A stretch of DNA of 64,000 nt from the NCBI GenBank assembly GCA_965205025.1, contig CBDBFU010000021.1, forward strand, positions 70,854-134,853, read 5' to 3'. Positions 1 through 8,949 of this stretch are shown piece by piece (position 1 is the stretch's first letter; each line of letters opens with the position of its first letter). The notes below the pieces were generated by a model. It saw only the letters and a program-made list of their open reading frames with translations. It was not told the origin of the DNA and ran no database searches. The position numbers and the translations under genes were made by a program. Origin of the DNA: Candidatus Poribacteria bacterium. Its GTDB lineage: Bacteria; Poribacteria; WGA-4E; WGA-3G.

Positions 1-219
1 TCCATACTTCCCATTAACCCATTTTGCTCCACCGTGAATCTTACCATTATTGTCTTTTCCAGAGGCATCCTTGGCTTCGTTACCAGCACCCTCATTAAAG
101 TATAACATTGCGACACAATCTTCAAAATCAATTTTTGCTGAACAAATCCTAATAAATGCCAGATTAATAAGAATTAAACTAACACATAATGGTATTATCC
201 GTAATACTGTGGTTTTCAT
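1..219 (-). CDS. Secreted LamG/concanavalin A-like protein, N-terminal part (runs off window start)
   Basis: Manual translation from ATG at 219 (AGGAG RBS upstream): MKTTVLRIIPLCVSLILINLAFIRICSAKIDFEDCVAMLYFNEGAGNEAKDASGKDNNGKIHGGAKWVNGKYG. Signal peptide plus typical LamG start (F.EG.G..AKD.SG....G....W..GKYG). Not in the ORF track. Confidence 0.85.
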   Translation of the reverse strand, partial: MKTTVLRIIPLCVSLILINLAFIRICSAKIDFEDCVAMLYFNEGAGNEAKDASGKDNNGKIHGGAKWVNGKYG

Positions 220-383
220 GACTTATTCTCCTATATTTTTTAGACTTCCCATCTCTTGGTTTACCAATTGTATGTTATTCCTCAATAAGGTCAAGTTCAT
301 GTAAGTTGTTATATATAAGTATATAGAGATATAATAACTACTTCAAATTAAATCTGTTTACTACTTTATTGTATAGGATATTT

Positions 384-1229
384 CTATTTCAGGTTAGGAC
401 CTGGTGATCGATTCCACTTTATCGGTTCAGTTTCACCTTTGTATACTGGTGCGAGTTCAGAAATTCGCTCCCAATCCTCATCTGTCCATGCAGTACTTTG
501 TCTAAGTCTACCAATATGTGCCCTCATTCCAGATGGTAATAGATCAAAATAGGGATGATACCAAAGTGTAATTACTGTCCTATCTTCCTCAGATTGATTA
601 CAGTGTGATGCATGAAGAAGTCGTGAATCACCTATTACAAGATCACCTGCTTTCACTGGCACATCAAGTTCATCAGGATAATGTTTGAAAGCTGGATGTT
701 CTATATCCTGTACTCGTTGAAGTTCAGCACCATGGGCAGCAGGTAATATATCGTGTAGTTCATGTCTCTTAATATGTGATCCTTTTATTACCCGTAAACA
801 TCCATTATATGGTGTTGTATCAACCAGATAATACATGAGAAAGAGTTGTTGAGGTAGAGGAGTATAACTACATGGGTCGTTCCAACCCCACCAATCCTGA
901 TGCCAAAATAAAGGTGGACTCTTAGGTGGTTTACTAATTACATAACCTGAAGACCATTTAGGTCTTATGAAACCCAATGCTTCAAGAGTTTGTAAGACCC
1001 GAGGATAAACTACTAATTCTGAGAATATTGTATGACTATAGACACTGATCATACTACCAGAAGAACGGTGGGCAGCACGTTCATCTTCTGTTTGTTGACT
1101 TAGTAATTCGTCTGTTATCAATCGAAGTCGGGTTAACATGTCATTCTGTAATACATTCTTAATTACACAGAACCCATCCCCAATTAATTTATCATATACC
1201 TCTTTGGGTCGATTTATTTTTATCCCCAT
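384..1229 (-). CDS. PhyH-family Fe(II)/2-oxoglutarate dioxygenase
   Basis: DGFCVIKNVL start, WHQD facial-triad motif, NGCLRVIKGSH, AGDLV...LLHAS..N.S...R. Confidence 0.9.
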   Translation of the reverse strand: MGIKINRPKEVYDKLIGDGFCVIKNVLQNDMLTRLRLITDELLSQQTEDERAAHRSSGSMISVYSHTIFSELVVYPRVLQTLEALGFIRPKWSSGYVISKPPKSPPLFWHQDWWGWNDPCSYTPLPQQLFLMYYLVDTTPYNGCLRVIKGSHIKRHELHDILPAAHGAELQRVQDIEHPAFKHYPDELDVPVKAGDLVIGDSRLLHASHCNQSEEDRTVITLWYHPYFDLLPSGMRAHIGRLRQSTAWTDEDWERISELAPVYKGETEPIKWNRSPGPNLK

Positions 1230-1249
1230 AACTACTTAATTGTTTATTG

Positions 1250-2023
1250 TTAGTTCTTATACGCAACTAAAGAAAACCCGTTATCATGATTTGTTTGAAA
1301 ATTCTTTAACCTACGCTTTTTATAGAAATGGATTATTCCAAATCCAGTTTCAACAAGACAATCTTCGACTTGTTTTGGATTAAGAAACTTTACGAAAAAT
1401 TCACATTTAAAATGCTTATTTGTATTGTAATCTAATTTTAACCAAGTATGCTTTTCTCCCTTATTTTCCTCATCATATTCAGCATTCTGATGGATATAGA
1501 CATTTTTCTCAATTTCAGTCTGTTTCTTCCAAGGATAATTCTTTTTTATAATTGTCTGATTTGGGTGAACGAAATATAACCTGCCATGCGGTTTTAAAGC
1601 TTTATATATACGGGATAACAATGAAACTAACCCATCTTTCGATTTATAGAAAAATGAACCTTCAAAGAAAATTACAGAGAACTCCTCTTCAAAACTCATT
1701 TCATTATAATCACCTAATATATACTCTATATCTAATTCTTCAGATTTAGTAATTTCTCGTGCTTCAGATAAGAAATTCTCTGAATAATCCATACCAGTAA
1801 TATGATAACCCTTACGAGCAAACTCACGAGTATAACTACCAATACCACAACCTGCATCTAATATTGTGTCGGACTTGGATAGAGATAATACTGATTCATA
1901 GAATGGAATATGTTTACAGACAAATTCGGGTGATTCGAAATTAAACCTGCCATGTGTTAGATACCATTCATCGTATATCTTATCTCCGAAATCAGTATTG
2001 ATATATTTTGTTTGAAGATTCAT
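1250..2023 (-). CDS. Class I SAM-dependent methyltransferase
   Basis: ILDAGCGIG motif I, GMDYS, ALKPHGRLYF. Confidence 0.9.
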   Translation of the reverse strand: MNLQTKYINTDFGDKIYDEWYLTHGRFNFESPEFVCKHIPFYESVLSLSKSDTILDAGCGIGSYTREFARKGYHITGMDYSENFLSEAREITKSEELDIEYILGDYNEMSFEEEFSVIFFEGSFFYKSKDGLVSLLSRIYKALKPHGRLYFVHPNQTIIKKNYPWKKQTEIEKNVYIHQNAEYDEENKGEKHTWLKLDYNTNKHFKCEFFVKFLNPKQVEDCLVETGFGIIHFYKKRRLKNFQTNHDNGFSLVAYKN

Positions 2024-2277
2024 TGACTCCTTACTACAAAGTGATTTATTTTAATGGAAATATTTCTATACTTTGTTTCAATACTCTTTATGAAACCATA
2101 TAATTATATATATGTCAAGAAATTAACAGGATATAAGGAATAAAAGATGTGTGAGTATGGTAGGTAGAAAAGTCACTCCAAATTAATATGATTAAAATGT
2201 AATCATTTAATTCTAAATCTACTATATGTGGTAACATAATGATATAGAAATGTCATTATTTAACGTAGGAGAAAACT

Positions 2278-3273
2278 ATGAATGAGAATGTGAGTCGGCA
2301 AATTCAACTAAAAAATAGTATTATTGGAATACCTAAACCAGAGGATTTTCAACTGATTGAGGAAACTTTATCTGAACCGGTGGAAGGAGAGGTATTAGTT
2401 AAGAATATCTTTATTTCTGTTGACCCATATATGAGAGGAGGGATGCGTTCTGTCAATTCTGGGCATTCGCTCCAAGGTGGATGTGTAGGTAAGGTGGTTC
2501 AATCAAAATCTGAACAATTGGATGTTGGTGATTATGTGGTCGGTTATTTAGGATGGAGAGATTATTATATTACAACTGCTGAAAGTTTACAATCTATCAA
2601 TTCCACTATAGCTCCGTTACAGTCATTTTTAGGGGCAGTGGGAATGCCAGGAAGGACTGCCTATTTTGGATTATTAGATATAGGTGAACCAAAAGAAGGA
2701 GAAACAGTTTTTGTTTCTGCAGCTGCAGGGGCAGTTGGATCAATTGTATGTCAGATTGCTAAAATCAAAGGATGTAAAGTTGTTGCAAGTGCTGGAACAG
2801 ATGATAAATTAGCATGGTTAACTGAAAAGGCACAGGTTGATGCTGTCATTAATTATAATAAAGTTGATGACTTAGAAGCTGAATTACGAAGACATTGTCC
2901 AGATGGAATTGATATCTATTTTGAGAACGTTGGAGGTATTCACCTACAAGCCGCCTTAGCAGTAATGAATATGCATGGACGTATCCCATTATGTGGGATG
3001 ATCTCTCAATACAATGATGTAGAACCAACTCCTGGACCAACAAATTTGAGTTCGGCAATTGGTAAACGGATAAAAATTCAAGGTTTTATTGTTACTGATT
3101 ACGAAAACCGTAATCAAGAATTCTACCAGAATATGAGAAAATGGATCTCCGAAGACAAGATCACATGGGAAGAGACAATTGTAGACGGTTTAGAAAATGC
3201 TCCAAAGGCTTTTATTTCATTGTTTACTGGGAATAAGATTGGGAAGGTCGTTGTTAGAGTAGAATCAGATTAG
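2278..3273 (+). CDS. NADP-dependent oxidoreductase (MDR family, prostaglandin reductase/CurA-like)
   Basis: SVDPYMRG, GMPGRTAYFGL, VSAAAGAVGS, YFENVGG, CGMISQYN; AGGAG RBS. Confidence 0.92.
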   Translation: MNENVSRQIQLKNSIIGIPKPEDFQLIEETLSEPVEGEVLVKNIFISVDPYMRGGMRSVNSGHSLQGGCVGKVVQSKSEQLDVGDYVVGYLGWRDYYITTAESLQSINSTIAPLQSFLGAVGMPGRTAYFGLLDIGEPKEGETVFVSAAAGAVGSIVCQIAKIKGCKVVASAGTDDKLAWLTEKAQVDAVINYNKVDDLEAELRRHCPDGIDIYFENVGGIHLQAALAVMNMHGRIPLCGMISQYNDVEPTPGPTNLSSAIGKRIKIQGFIVTDYENRNQEFYQNMRKWISEDKITWEETIVDGLENAPKAFISLFTGNKIGKVVVRVESD

Positions 3274-3293
3274 TGTATCTATTTATAACAGAA

Positions 3294-3322
3294 AACGCCG
3301 ATTACTAAATTGAATCGGCGTT
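3294..3322. terminator. Hairpin between convergent genes, probable terminator
   Basis: AACGCCGATT-N9-AATCGGCGTT perfect 10-bp stem. Confidence 0.6.
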
Positions 3323-3425
3323 ATCATTTCTGAATTAATGCATCAATGTCTTCAACTATGGATTAGTTCAGATAATCACACGGTGAAGAAACATTAGTAT
3401 CTATCTACTTAGTTGATTGTATAAA

Positions 3426-4406
3426 TTAGACAAATGCAGCTCTATCCACATCTGATAGATATACTCGTGCACCATTTTGTAAAGCGGATCGGTGAACTGC
3501 TGCTTCAAACAAGAGCTCGTTCCATGCAGCTTCTCCGTCTGCAGGAAATGCTTCGTCATTTTGCATAGCTTTTATGACACCATCAGCCATTCTCTTAAAG
3601 GATTGAGGCATTTCAGGCTGTCCGGGTTCGTTATCCCATTTCTCTTCTACTTCAGAATTATTTGCTTTTCGTCTGACATAAGAACCATCAAGACCTTTAG
3701 CTTCAGCATAAGACTTATCACCGAGGATTTTCACACGTAGTGGATGGTCATCATATCCCCACAAATTAGTACCAATCAGTGAACCCACTACTCCATTTTC
3801 CCAACCTATATGAATTAGTCGTTTCCAACCACCACCCTCATTTGGATTACCGGTGACACTAACCCATTCAGGAACTCCCATGGACCATAAGATCTGATCA
3901 ATAACATGGGACCAACAGTTAAAATGGGCACGGGCATGTAACATGCGTATTTCACCAAGATTACCTTCAACCACATCCTCGTGAAGTTTACGAAAATGTT
4001 CCATAAAACGGTAATTGTAATCTATACCAAATTTTTGGTTCGATTCCCGCCATTCTGCTATAGCAGGAGCAGCAATTGCCAAATCTGCTTCTCGGACAGT
4101 GGCTTGTCCTTGTAAACCACATAACGGTTTTTCTGTGAATACATTTTGTCCAGCAGCGATTAATTCACGTAATGGTGGAATTCGTCTTGTTTCATTCACA
4201 ATCAAGAGTACCAGTTCAGCATCACAGTTTGCTAATAGCTCTTCAATTGTTAGATAACCCTCTACACCAAATTTTTCCTTTGCATTGTTTAATAAATTCT
4301 CATCCATATCACAAACTGCGACGACTTCTGCATCTGGATGATCATGGAAATTACCACCATGCATCATTCCCATTCCTCTTCCACTAATTAAGGCACACTT
4401 TATCAT
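3426..4406 (-). CDS. Gfo/Idh/MocA family oxidoreductase
   Basis: GRGMGMMH Rossmann-like start, VVAVCD, VFTEKPL, G.LGEI; likely start MIKCAL at 4406 (ORF track starts 4421). Confidence 0.85.
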   Translation of the reverse strand: MIKCALISGRGMGMMHGGNFHDHPDAEVVAVCDMDENLLNNAKEKFGVEGYLTIEELLANCDAELVLLIVNETRRIPPLRELIAAGQNVFTEKPLCGLQGQATVREADLAIAAPAIAEWRESNQKFGIDYNYRFMEHFRKLHEDVVEGNLGEIRMLHARAHFNCWSHVIDQILWSMGVPEWVSVTGNPNEGGGWKRLIHIGWENGVVGSLIGTNLWGYDDHPLRVKILGDKSYAEAKGLDGSYVRRKANNSEVEEKWDNEPGQPEMPQSFKRMADGVIKAMQNDEAFPADGEAAWNELLFEAAVHRSALQNGARVYLSDVDRAAFV

Positions 4407-4573
4407 ATTAAATCCTCTCAATTCTGAAATTTTTAATAGTTTACCTGTATTCTTATATATTGTAAATACAAGAATATCTCATCATCTCAAATATCTGATT
4501 TCAGATACTACATTATTAAGAATTGGTGAAAGATAATGATTCTTTCAATTTGAATTACTGAATTACAATTTAT

Positions 4574-4870
4574 TATAGTTTGGACAATTATCAGTTATTT
4601 TAGGTTGATCTGATACTAAAGTAGTCGCTTGAATCAAAACTACATCATCATACATTTCGCACCTCGAATCAACGGTATGAATGCCATTAGGGCATTCCCC
4701 GGGGCTTTGTTAGTGGATTTCACTGTTTTCTACAAATATTTCGCCCCTCTGGGGCTTTTAATAATTCACATTGCAGTATTTCTTAGTTTAAAATTAATGT
4801 AAATGACAGACAGAAATACAACTATCCTTGGAAAAATAACATGACTAAGTGTTAAACAGTCCAAACTATA
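4574..4870. mobile_element. MITE-like element with TATAGTTTGGAC terminal inverted repeats and an internal REP-like hairpin
   Basis: TATAGTTTGGACA at 4574-4586 and GTCCAAACTATA at 4859-4870; internal CTACAAATATTTCGCCCCTCTGGGGCT near 4730-4756; same end motif at 25907-25920 and near 54783. Confidence 0.65.
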
Positions 4871-4891
4871 GTATAATTTACTGATACTATA

Positions 4892-6025
4892 TTATTGGGA
4901 TGCTGATTTTGCACAACGAAAACCGATTAAATGACTTGTACGTGCGGGTTCATTACCCCGTCTATAAGTAATCGAAACTCGAGGTTGACCACTTTCTACC
5001 CAAGATCCGCCTCTAATCGAACGTGATGATGTGATTCTCTGATATTCAATCTGTATCTCTTTAATAGTATCATTTCCACCAATAGGATTGGTATTGGATA
5101 TATTATCTAAATAGTCTCTTTCATATCGATCAATACACCACTCCAGAACATTACCCACCATATCATAAATCTCAAAATCATTCGGTAGATATTTACCTAC
5201 AGGTGTAGTATTACCTGTGACACCAACATTTAATGAATAATTAGCCTTCTGATCATCAATTGTATTACCCCATGGATATTTTAGACCTTCAACTCCACCA
5301 CGAGCTGCCTTTTCCCATTCTGCTTCTGTTGGGAGTCTTTTATCCACCCATTGTGCATAAGCAACTGAAGCATACCAACTGACATATACTACTGGATGAT
5401 CACCTTTATCAATAGGATAGTCATCTCCATCCCAATTTGAAAGATAATTACCATCATGGTAGTTTGAGTCAATGTTTTCTTTATTCCAATTTGGATTTTC
5501 ATCTATGAATTTTTTAAAATCTTGATTGGTAACTTCATATTGATCTATATAAAAACTATCTAAAGATATAGCATTACCTATTTGCTCTACAATTCCTGCT
5601 TCATCACTAAGATAACCTATCTTGAATTCTCCTTCAGGAATTAATACCATTCCATCTGGGATTCCTACTTCTGATTTTATAACAGTATAAGATAGACTAT
5701 GATTACCTCCATCCCATTCTATTTCAATAGTTAAATCTCCCAGTTGAAATGGACCTGAAATAGAAATGGAATTTCCATTCTTGGTAATAGCTCCATTCGA
5801 TACAGTCACATTTTCAGGAGTACCACTGAATTTCACCAGGATAATGGAATCAGTAGTAATCATATTTCCATCAGAAGGACTTACGGACAATAATAAGATT
5901 GAATCTTCTTCACCACATCCGATTACAAGTATAATGATAAATAATATATTAAGGATTGATATATTACACCGTTGCAATAGTTTCTCCTCTTTTAGTATTA
6001 CACCTAATTGTTTAAAGTTGTCCAT
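4892..6025 (-). CDS. Formylglycine-generating enzyme (SUMF1/FGE-sulfatase domain) lipoprotein
   Basis: Lipobox VIGC; MVLIPEGEF, EVTN, HPVVYVSW, RLPTEAEWEKAARGG, YDMVGNVLEW, RGGSW, IGFRC. Confidence 0.9.
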   Translation of the reverse strand: MDNFKQLGVILKEEKLLQRCNISILNILFIIILVIGCGEEDSILLLSVSPSDGNMITTDSIILVKFSGTPENVTVSNGAITKNGNSISISGPFQLGDLTIEIEWDGGNHSLSYTVIKSEVGIPDGMVLIPEGEFKIGYLSDEAGIVEQIGNAISLDSFYIDQYEVTNQDFKKFIDENPNWNKENIDSNYHDGNYLSNWDGDDYPIDKGDHPVVYVSWYASVAYAQWVDKRLPTEAEWEKAARGGVEGLKYPWGNTIDDQKANYSLNVGVTGNTTPVGKYLPNDFEIYDMVGNVLEWCIDRYERDYLDNISNTNPIGGNDTIKEIQIEYQRITSSRSIRGGSWVESGQPRVSITYRRGNEPARTSHLIGFRCAKSASQ

Positions 6026-6116
6026 TAGTCTGAATCATAGAAATAACATTAGACTTGTTGTAAGTGAGACTATTCATACAGTGTCTATTTTTATGCATTC
6101 ACTATAGTTTAAATAT

Positions 6117-7001
6117 CTAATTCATACTAAATACATTGTCTATTTCTAAACTCAATAAATCTAATATCTCTTTCTTAAGGTTAATATAAGAACTATCAGT
6201 CGTAGATCTTGGTCGTTCTAAATTAACATATATTTCAGATTTTATTGTTGCTGGTCGGGCTGTCAACACTATAATTTTATCTGCAAGACTCAGTGCTTCC
6301 TCTACATCATGTGTGATTAGAAGAACAGATTGTTTTTTCTTATTCCAAATATCCATTAGAATTGACTGCATTACAGACCGTGTCATAGCATCCAATGCAC
6401 CAAATGGTTCATCTAATAGTAAGAATTCCTTATTACATAGGAGTGTCCTTACCAATGCAACTCGTTGTCGCATACCACCAGATAATTGGTTTGGATAACT
6501 ATTTTCAAACCCTTGTAATCCTAACTGAGATAGTAATGATAATGCTTTAGATCTATGTTGTTGCATACCACCAGATAATTGGTTTGGATAACTATTTTCA
6601 AACCCTTGTAATCCTAACTGAGACAGTAATGATAATACTTTAGATTTTAATGATAATACTTTAGATTTTACAAATTCTTTATAATTCCTTCGTATTTCTG
6701 GTCCAATAATTACATTCTTTAATACGGTACGCCATGGCATAAGAAGATCTTTCTGTTGCATATATCCAAAAGCATCGGTATGGCTATCTACATATTCTCC
6801 ATTTAAATACATTGCACCATTTTCAGGTGGAATTAGTCCTGCTATTATATTAAAAAGAGTACTTTTCCCGCATCCAGAAGGACCTAATAATGCAATAAAT
6901 TCACCATCATCAACTATAAAATCCAGGCTGTTGAGAACATTTAGCTTTTTGTTTTTGTGACTGAAGGAATGGGTTAACCCTCTAATGTGTAGTTTCGCCA
7001 T
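6117..7001 (-). CDS. ABC transporter ATP-binding protein (SsuB/TauB/ThiZ-like) with internal tandem duplication
   Basis: GPSGCGKS Walker A, LSGGM signature present twice, LLLDEPFGALD, ITHDVEEA. Confidence 0.9.
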   Translation of the reverse strand: MAKLHIRGLTHSFSHKNKKLNVLNSLDFIVDDGEFIALLGPSGCGKSTLFNIIAGLIPPENGAMYLNGEYVDSHTDAFGYMQQKDLLMPWRTVLKNVIIGPEIRRNYKEFVKSKVLSLKSKVLSLLSQLGLQGFENSYPNQLSGGMQQHRSKALSLLSQLGLQGFENSYPNQLSGGMRQRVALVRTLLCNKEFLLLDEPFGALDAMTRSVMQSILMDIWNKKKQSVLLITHDVEEALSLADKIIVLTARPATIKSEIYVNLERPRSTTDSSYINLKKEILDLLSLEIDNVFSMN

Positions 7002-7037
7002 AATAAAATAGTTAAGAAATTTAATGGTTGGAACTCA

Positions 7038-7913
7038 TTATCTTTTATTAGTTCGTTGACGGAAGAAACGAATGAGTGGCAGTATATAAGATTGATCAGT
7101 TTGTATATCTATTGAATCAACTTGACTATTCTTGAAGGTATTTTGTCTTTCATTAATAATTTCTGAGTTTTGTTTAATGTATAAGTTCCTTATATGATCT
7201 GATCTTGAGTCAATTAGTTTACGTTTACCAGTTTCTGCATCCTCTAATTCAATCAATCCGACATTTGGCATCACAGATTCCCTGCGATCTTCAAGTGTAA
7301 TAGCAATAAGAGTGTGTCTTTTATTCGTCACTCTAAGTTGTTTCTGATAATCGGTATCCTTAAAATCTGAAATAAGGAATATTACACTATGGGGTTTTAA
7401 TACCTTATCAGCAAATCTCAATGCCTGTGATATATCTGTTCCTGAGTGATTGGGTTGAAATCGTAAAATATCTCGTACGACACGTAGTACATGTTTTTTC
7501 CCTTTTTGTGGTGGAACAAAGTGCTCAACGTCATTTGTGAAACAGATTAAGCCGACTTTATCATTATTTTTAATTGCCGAGAATGCTAACAATGCTGTTA
7601 TTTCAGCTGCGATTTCCGCTTTTGTCTCATCAATACTTCCATATAAGGTGGATGCGCTTAGATCAACAATCAGCATCATAACCAATTCCCGTTCTTCAAT
7701 ATATTTTTTGACAAAAGGCTGACCCATCCGAGCAGTAACATTCCAATCAATAGTTCGTATCTCATCCCCCTCTTGGTATTCACGGACTTCATCAAAGGTT
7801 AACCCTTGACCTTTAAAAAAACTCTTGTACTCACCTGCGAATACAGTATTTACGATACGGTTAGTGAAAATATCAATCCGTTGAATCTTCTTAAGGAGAT
7901 CTTTCTCTACCAT
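7038..7913 (-). CDS. DUF58 / VWA protein (MoxR AAA-associated)
   Basis: G.GL.FDEVREYQ.GDEIR.IDWNVTAR, EEREL, DLSAS, ISDF. Confidence 0.92.
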   Translation of the reverse strand: MVEKDLLKKIQRIDIFTNRIVNTVFAGEYKSFFKGQGLTFDEVREYQEGDEIRTIDWNVTARMGQPFVKKYIEERELVMMLIVDLSASTLYGSIDETKAEIAAEITALLAFSAIKNNDKVGLICFTNDVEHFVPPQKGKKHVLRVVRDILRFQPNHSGTDISQALRFADKVLKPHSVIFLISDFKDTDYQKQLRVTNKRHTLIAITLEDRRESVMPNVGLIELEDAETGKRKLIDSRSDHIRNLYIKQNSEIINERQNTFKNSQVDSIDIQTDQSYILPLIRFFRQRTNKR

Positions 7914-7989
7914 TACAAACCATACTATAGATTTTCATTGATTAATTCACTACTTGCCTTTATATTATCAAATGTGAGATTAGAAATCA

Positions 7990-8847
7990 ATGCAAAATAG
8001 TTATGGAGGAAGAATGGGATTCAAGCATATTAAAGGCACATCAGCTGAACAACACAATGAAATAGAAACTGGTTTTATCAAACATGTAGTATTCGATTTT
8101 GATGGAACAATCTCATTGATCCGAGATGGATGGCAAAATGTAATGGTACCAATGATGGTTGAGTTTCTACAGACAGAAACAGAAACCAAAGAATCACAAG
8201 AAGAACTTGAAGGAATTGTTGTAGAATTCGTTGATAGACTAACAGGTAAACAAACAATATATCAGATGATGCAGTTAGTTGATGAGATTGAAAAACGGGG
8301 AGGACAGCCAAAAGATCCTTTAACCTATAAAGATGAATATAATAGTCGATTACTTCCAATTGTAGACCAGAGGATTTCTGACTTATATAATGGGAAAATT
8401 AATCCTGACACTTTACGTGTACCGAAGTCATACGAATTTCTCAAGAAACTTAATGATATGGGTATAAAATGCTATCTTGCCAGTGGAACAGATGTAGAAT
8501 TTGTAAAAAATGAAGCAGAACTTCTGGAAGTTGCTAAGTATCTTACTGGTGGTATCTATGGGGCATTACGTGAATATAAGAAATTCTCAAAGGCTATGGT
8601 AATTCAGAAAATACTCACGGATTTTAATCTTTCGGGGAATGAATTGTTAATAATAGGTGATGGATATGTGGAGATTGAAAATGCAAAGGCTGTAGATGCG
8701 ATTGCAATAGGGGTTGCATCAGTTGAAGACAATGTTTACAATATGAACGCTGATAAGCGTGAGCGTCTGATTCGTGCAGGGGCAGATATAATCATCGATG
8801 ATTTTCGTGAAGGGGATGAACTTATAAGTTTTCTGTTTGATTGGTGA
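7990..8847 (+). CDS. HAD-superfamily hydrolase
   Basis: VFDFDGTIS motif I, LASGTD, IIGDG motif IV. Confidence 0.88.
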   Translation: MQNSYGGRMGFKHIKGTSAEQHNEIETGFIKHVVFDFDGTISLIRDGWQNVMVPMMVEFLQTETETKESQEELEGIVVEFVDRLTGKQTIYQMMQLVDEIEKRGGQPKDPLTYKDEYNSRLLPIVDQRISDLYNGKINPDTLRVPKSYEFLKKLNDMGIKCYLASGTDVEFVKNEAELLEVAKYLTGGIYGALREYKKFSKAMVIQKILTDFNLSGNELLIIGDGYVEIENAKAVDAIAIGVASVEDNVYNMNADKRERLIRAGADIIIDDFREGDELISFLFDW

Positions 8848-8876
8848 AATCTATGTAATATCACATCTTCAATAAT

Positions 8877-8904
8877 AGGGACATCAGTACAATCTGATGT
8901 CCCT
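8877..8904. terminator. Bidirectional terminator hairpin
   Basis: AGGGACATCAG-N6-CTGATGTCCCT between convergent genes. Confidence 0.7.
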
Positions 8905-8949
8905 TATATAATTTATCTGAAAGTAAAACGGTTATACTTCGATTTCTTT

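Noticed and set aside
50-304. 84-aa + strand ORF
   Set aside because: Shadow of the minus-strand LamG gene starting at 219.
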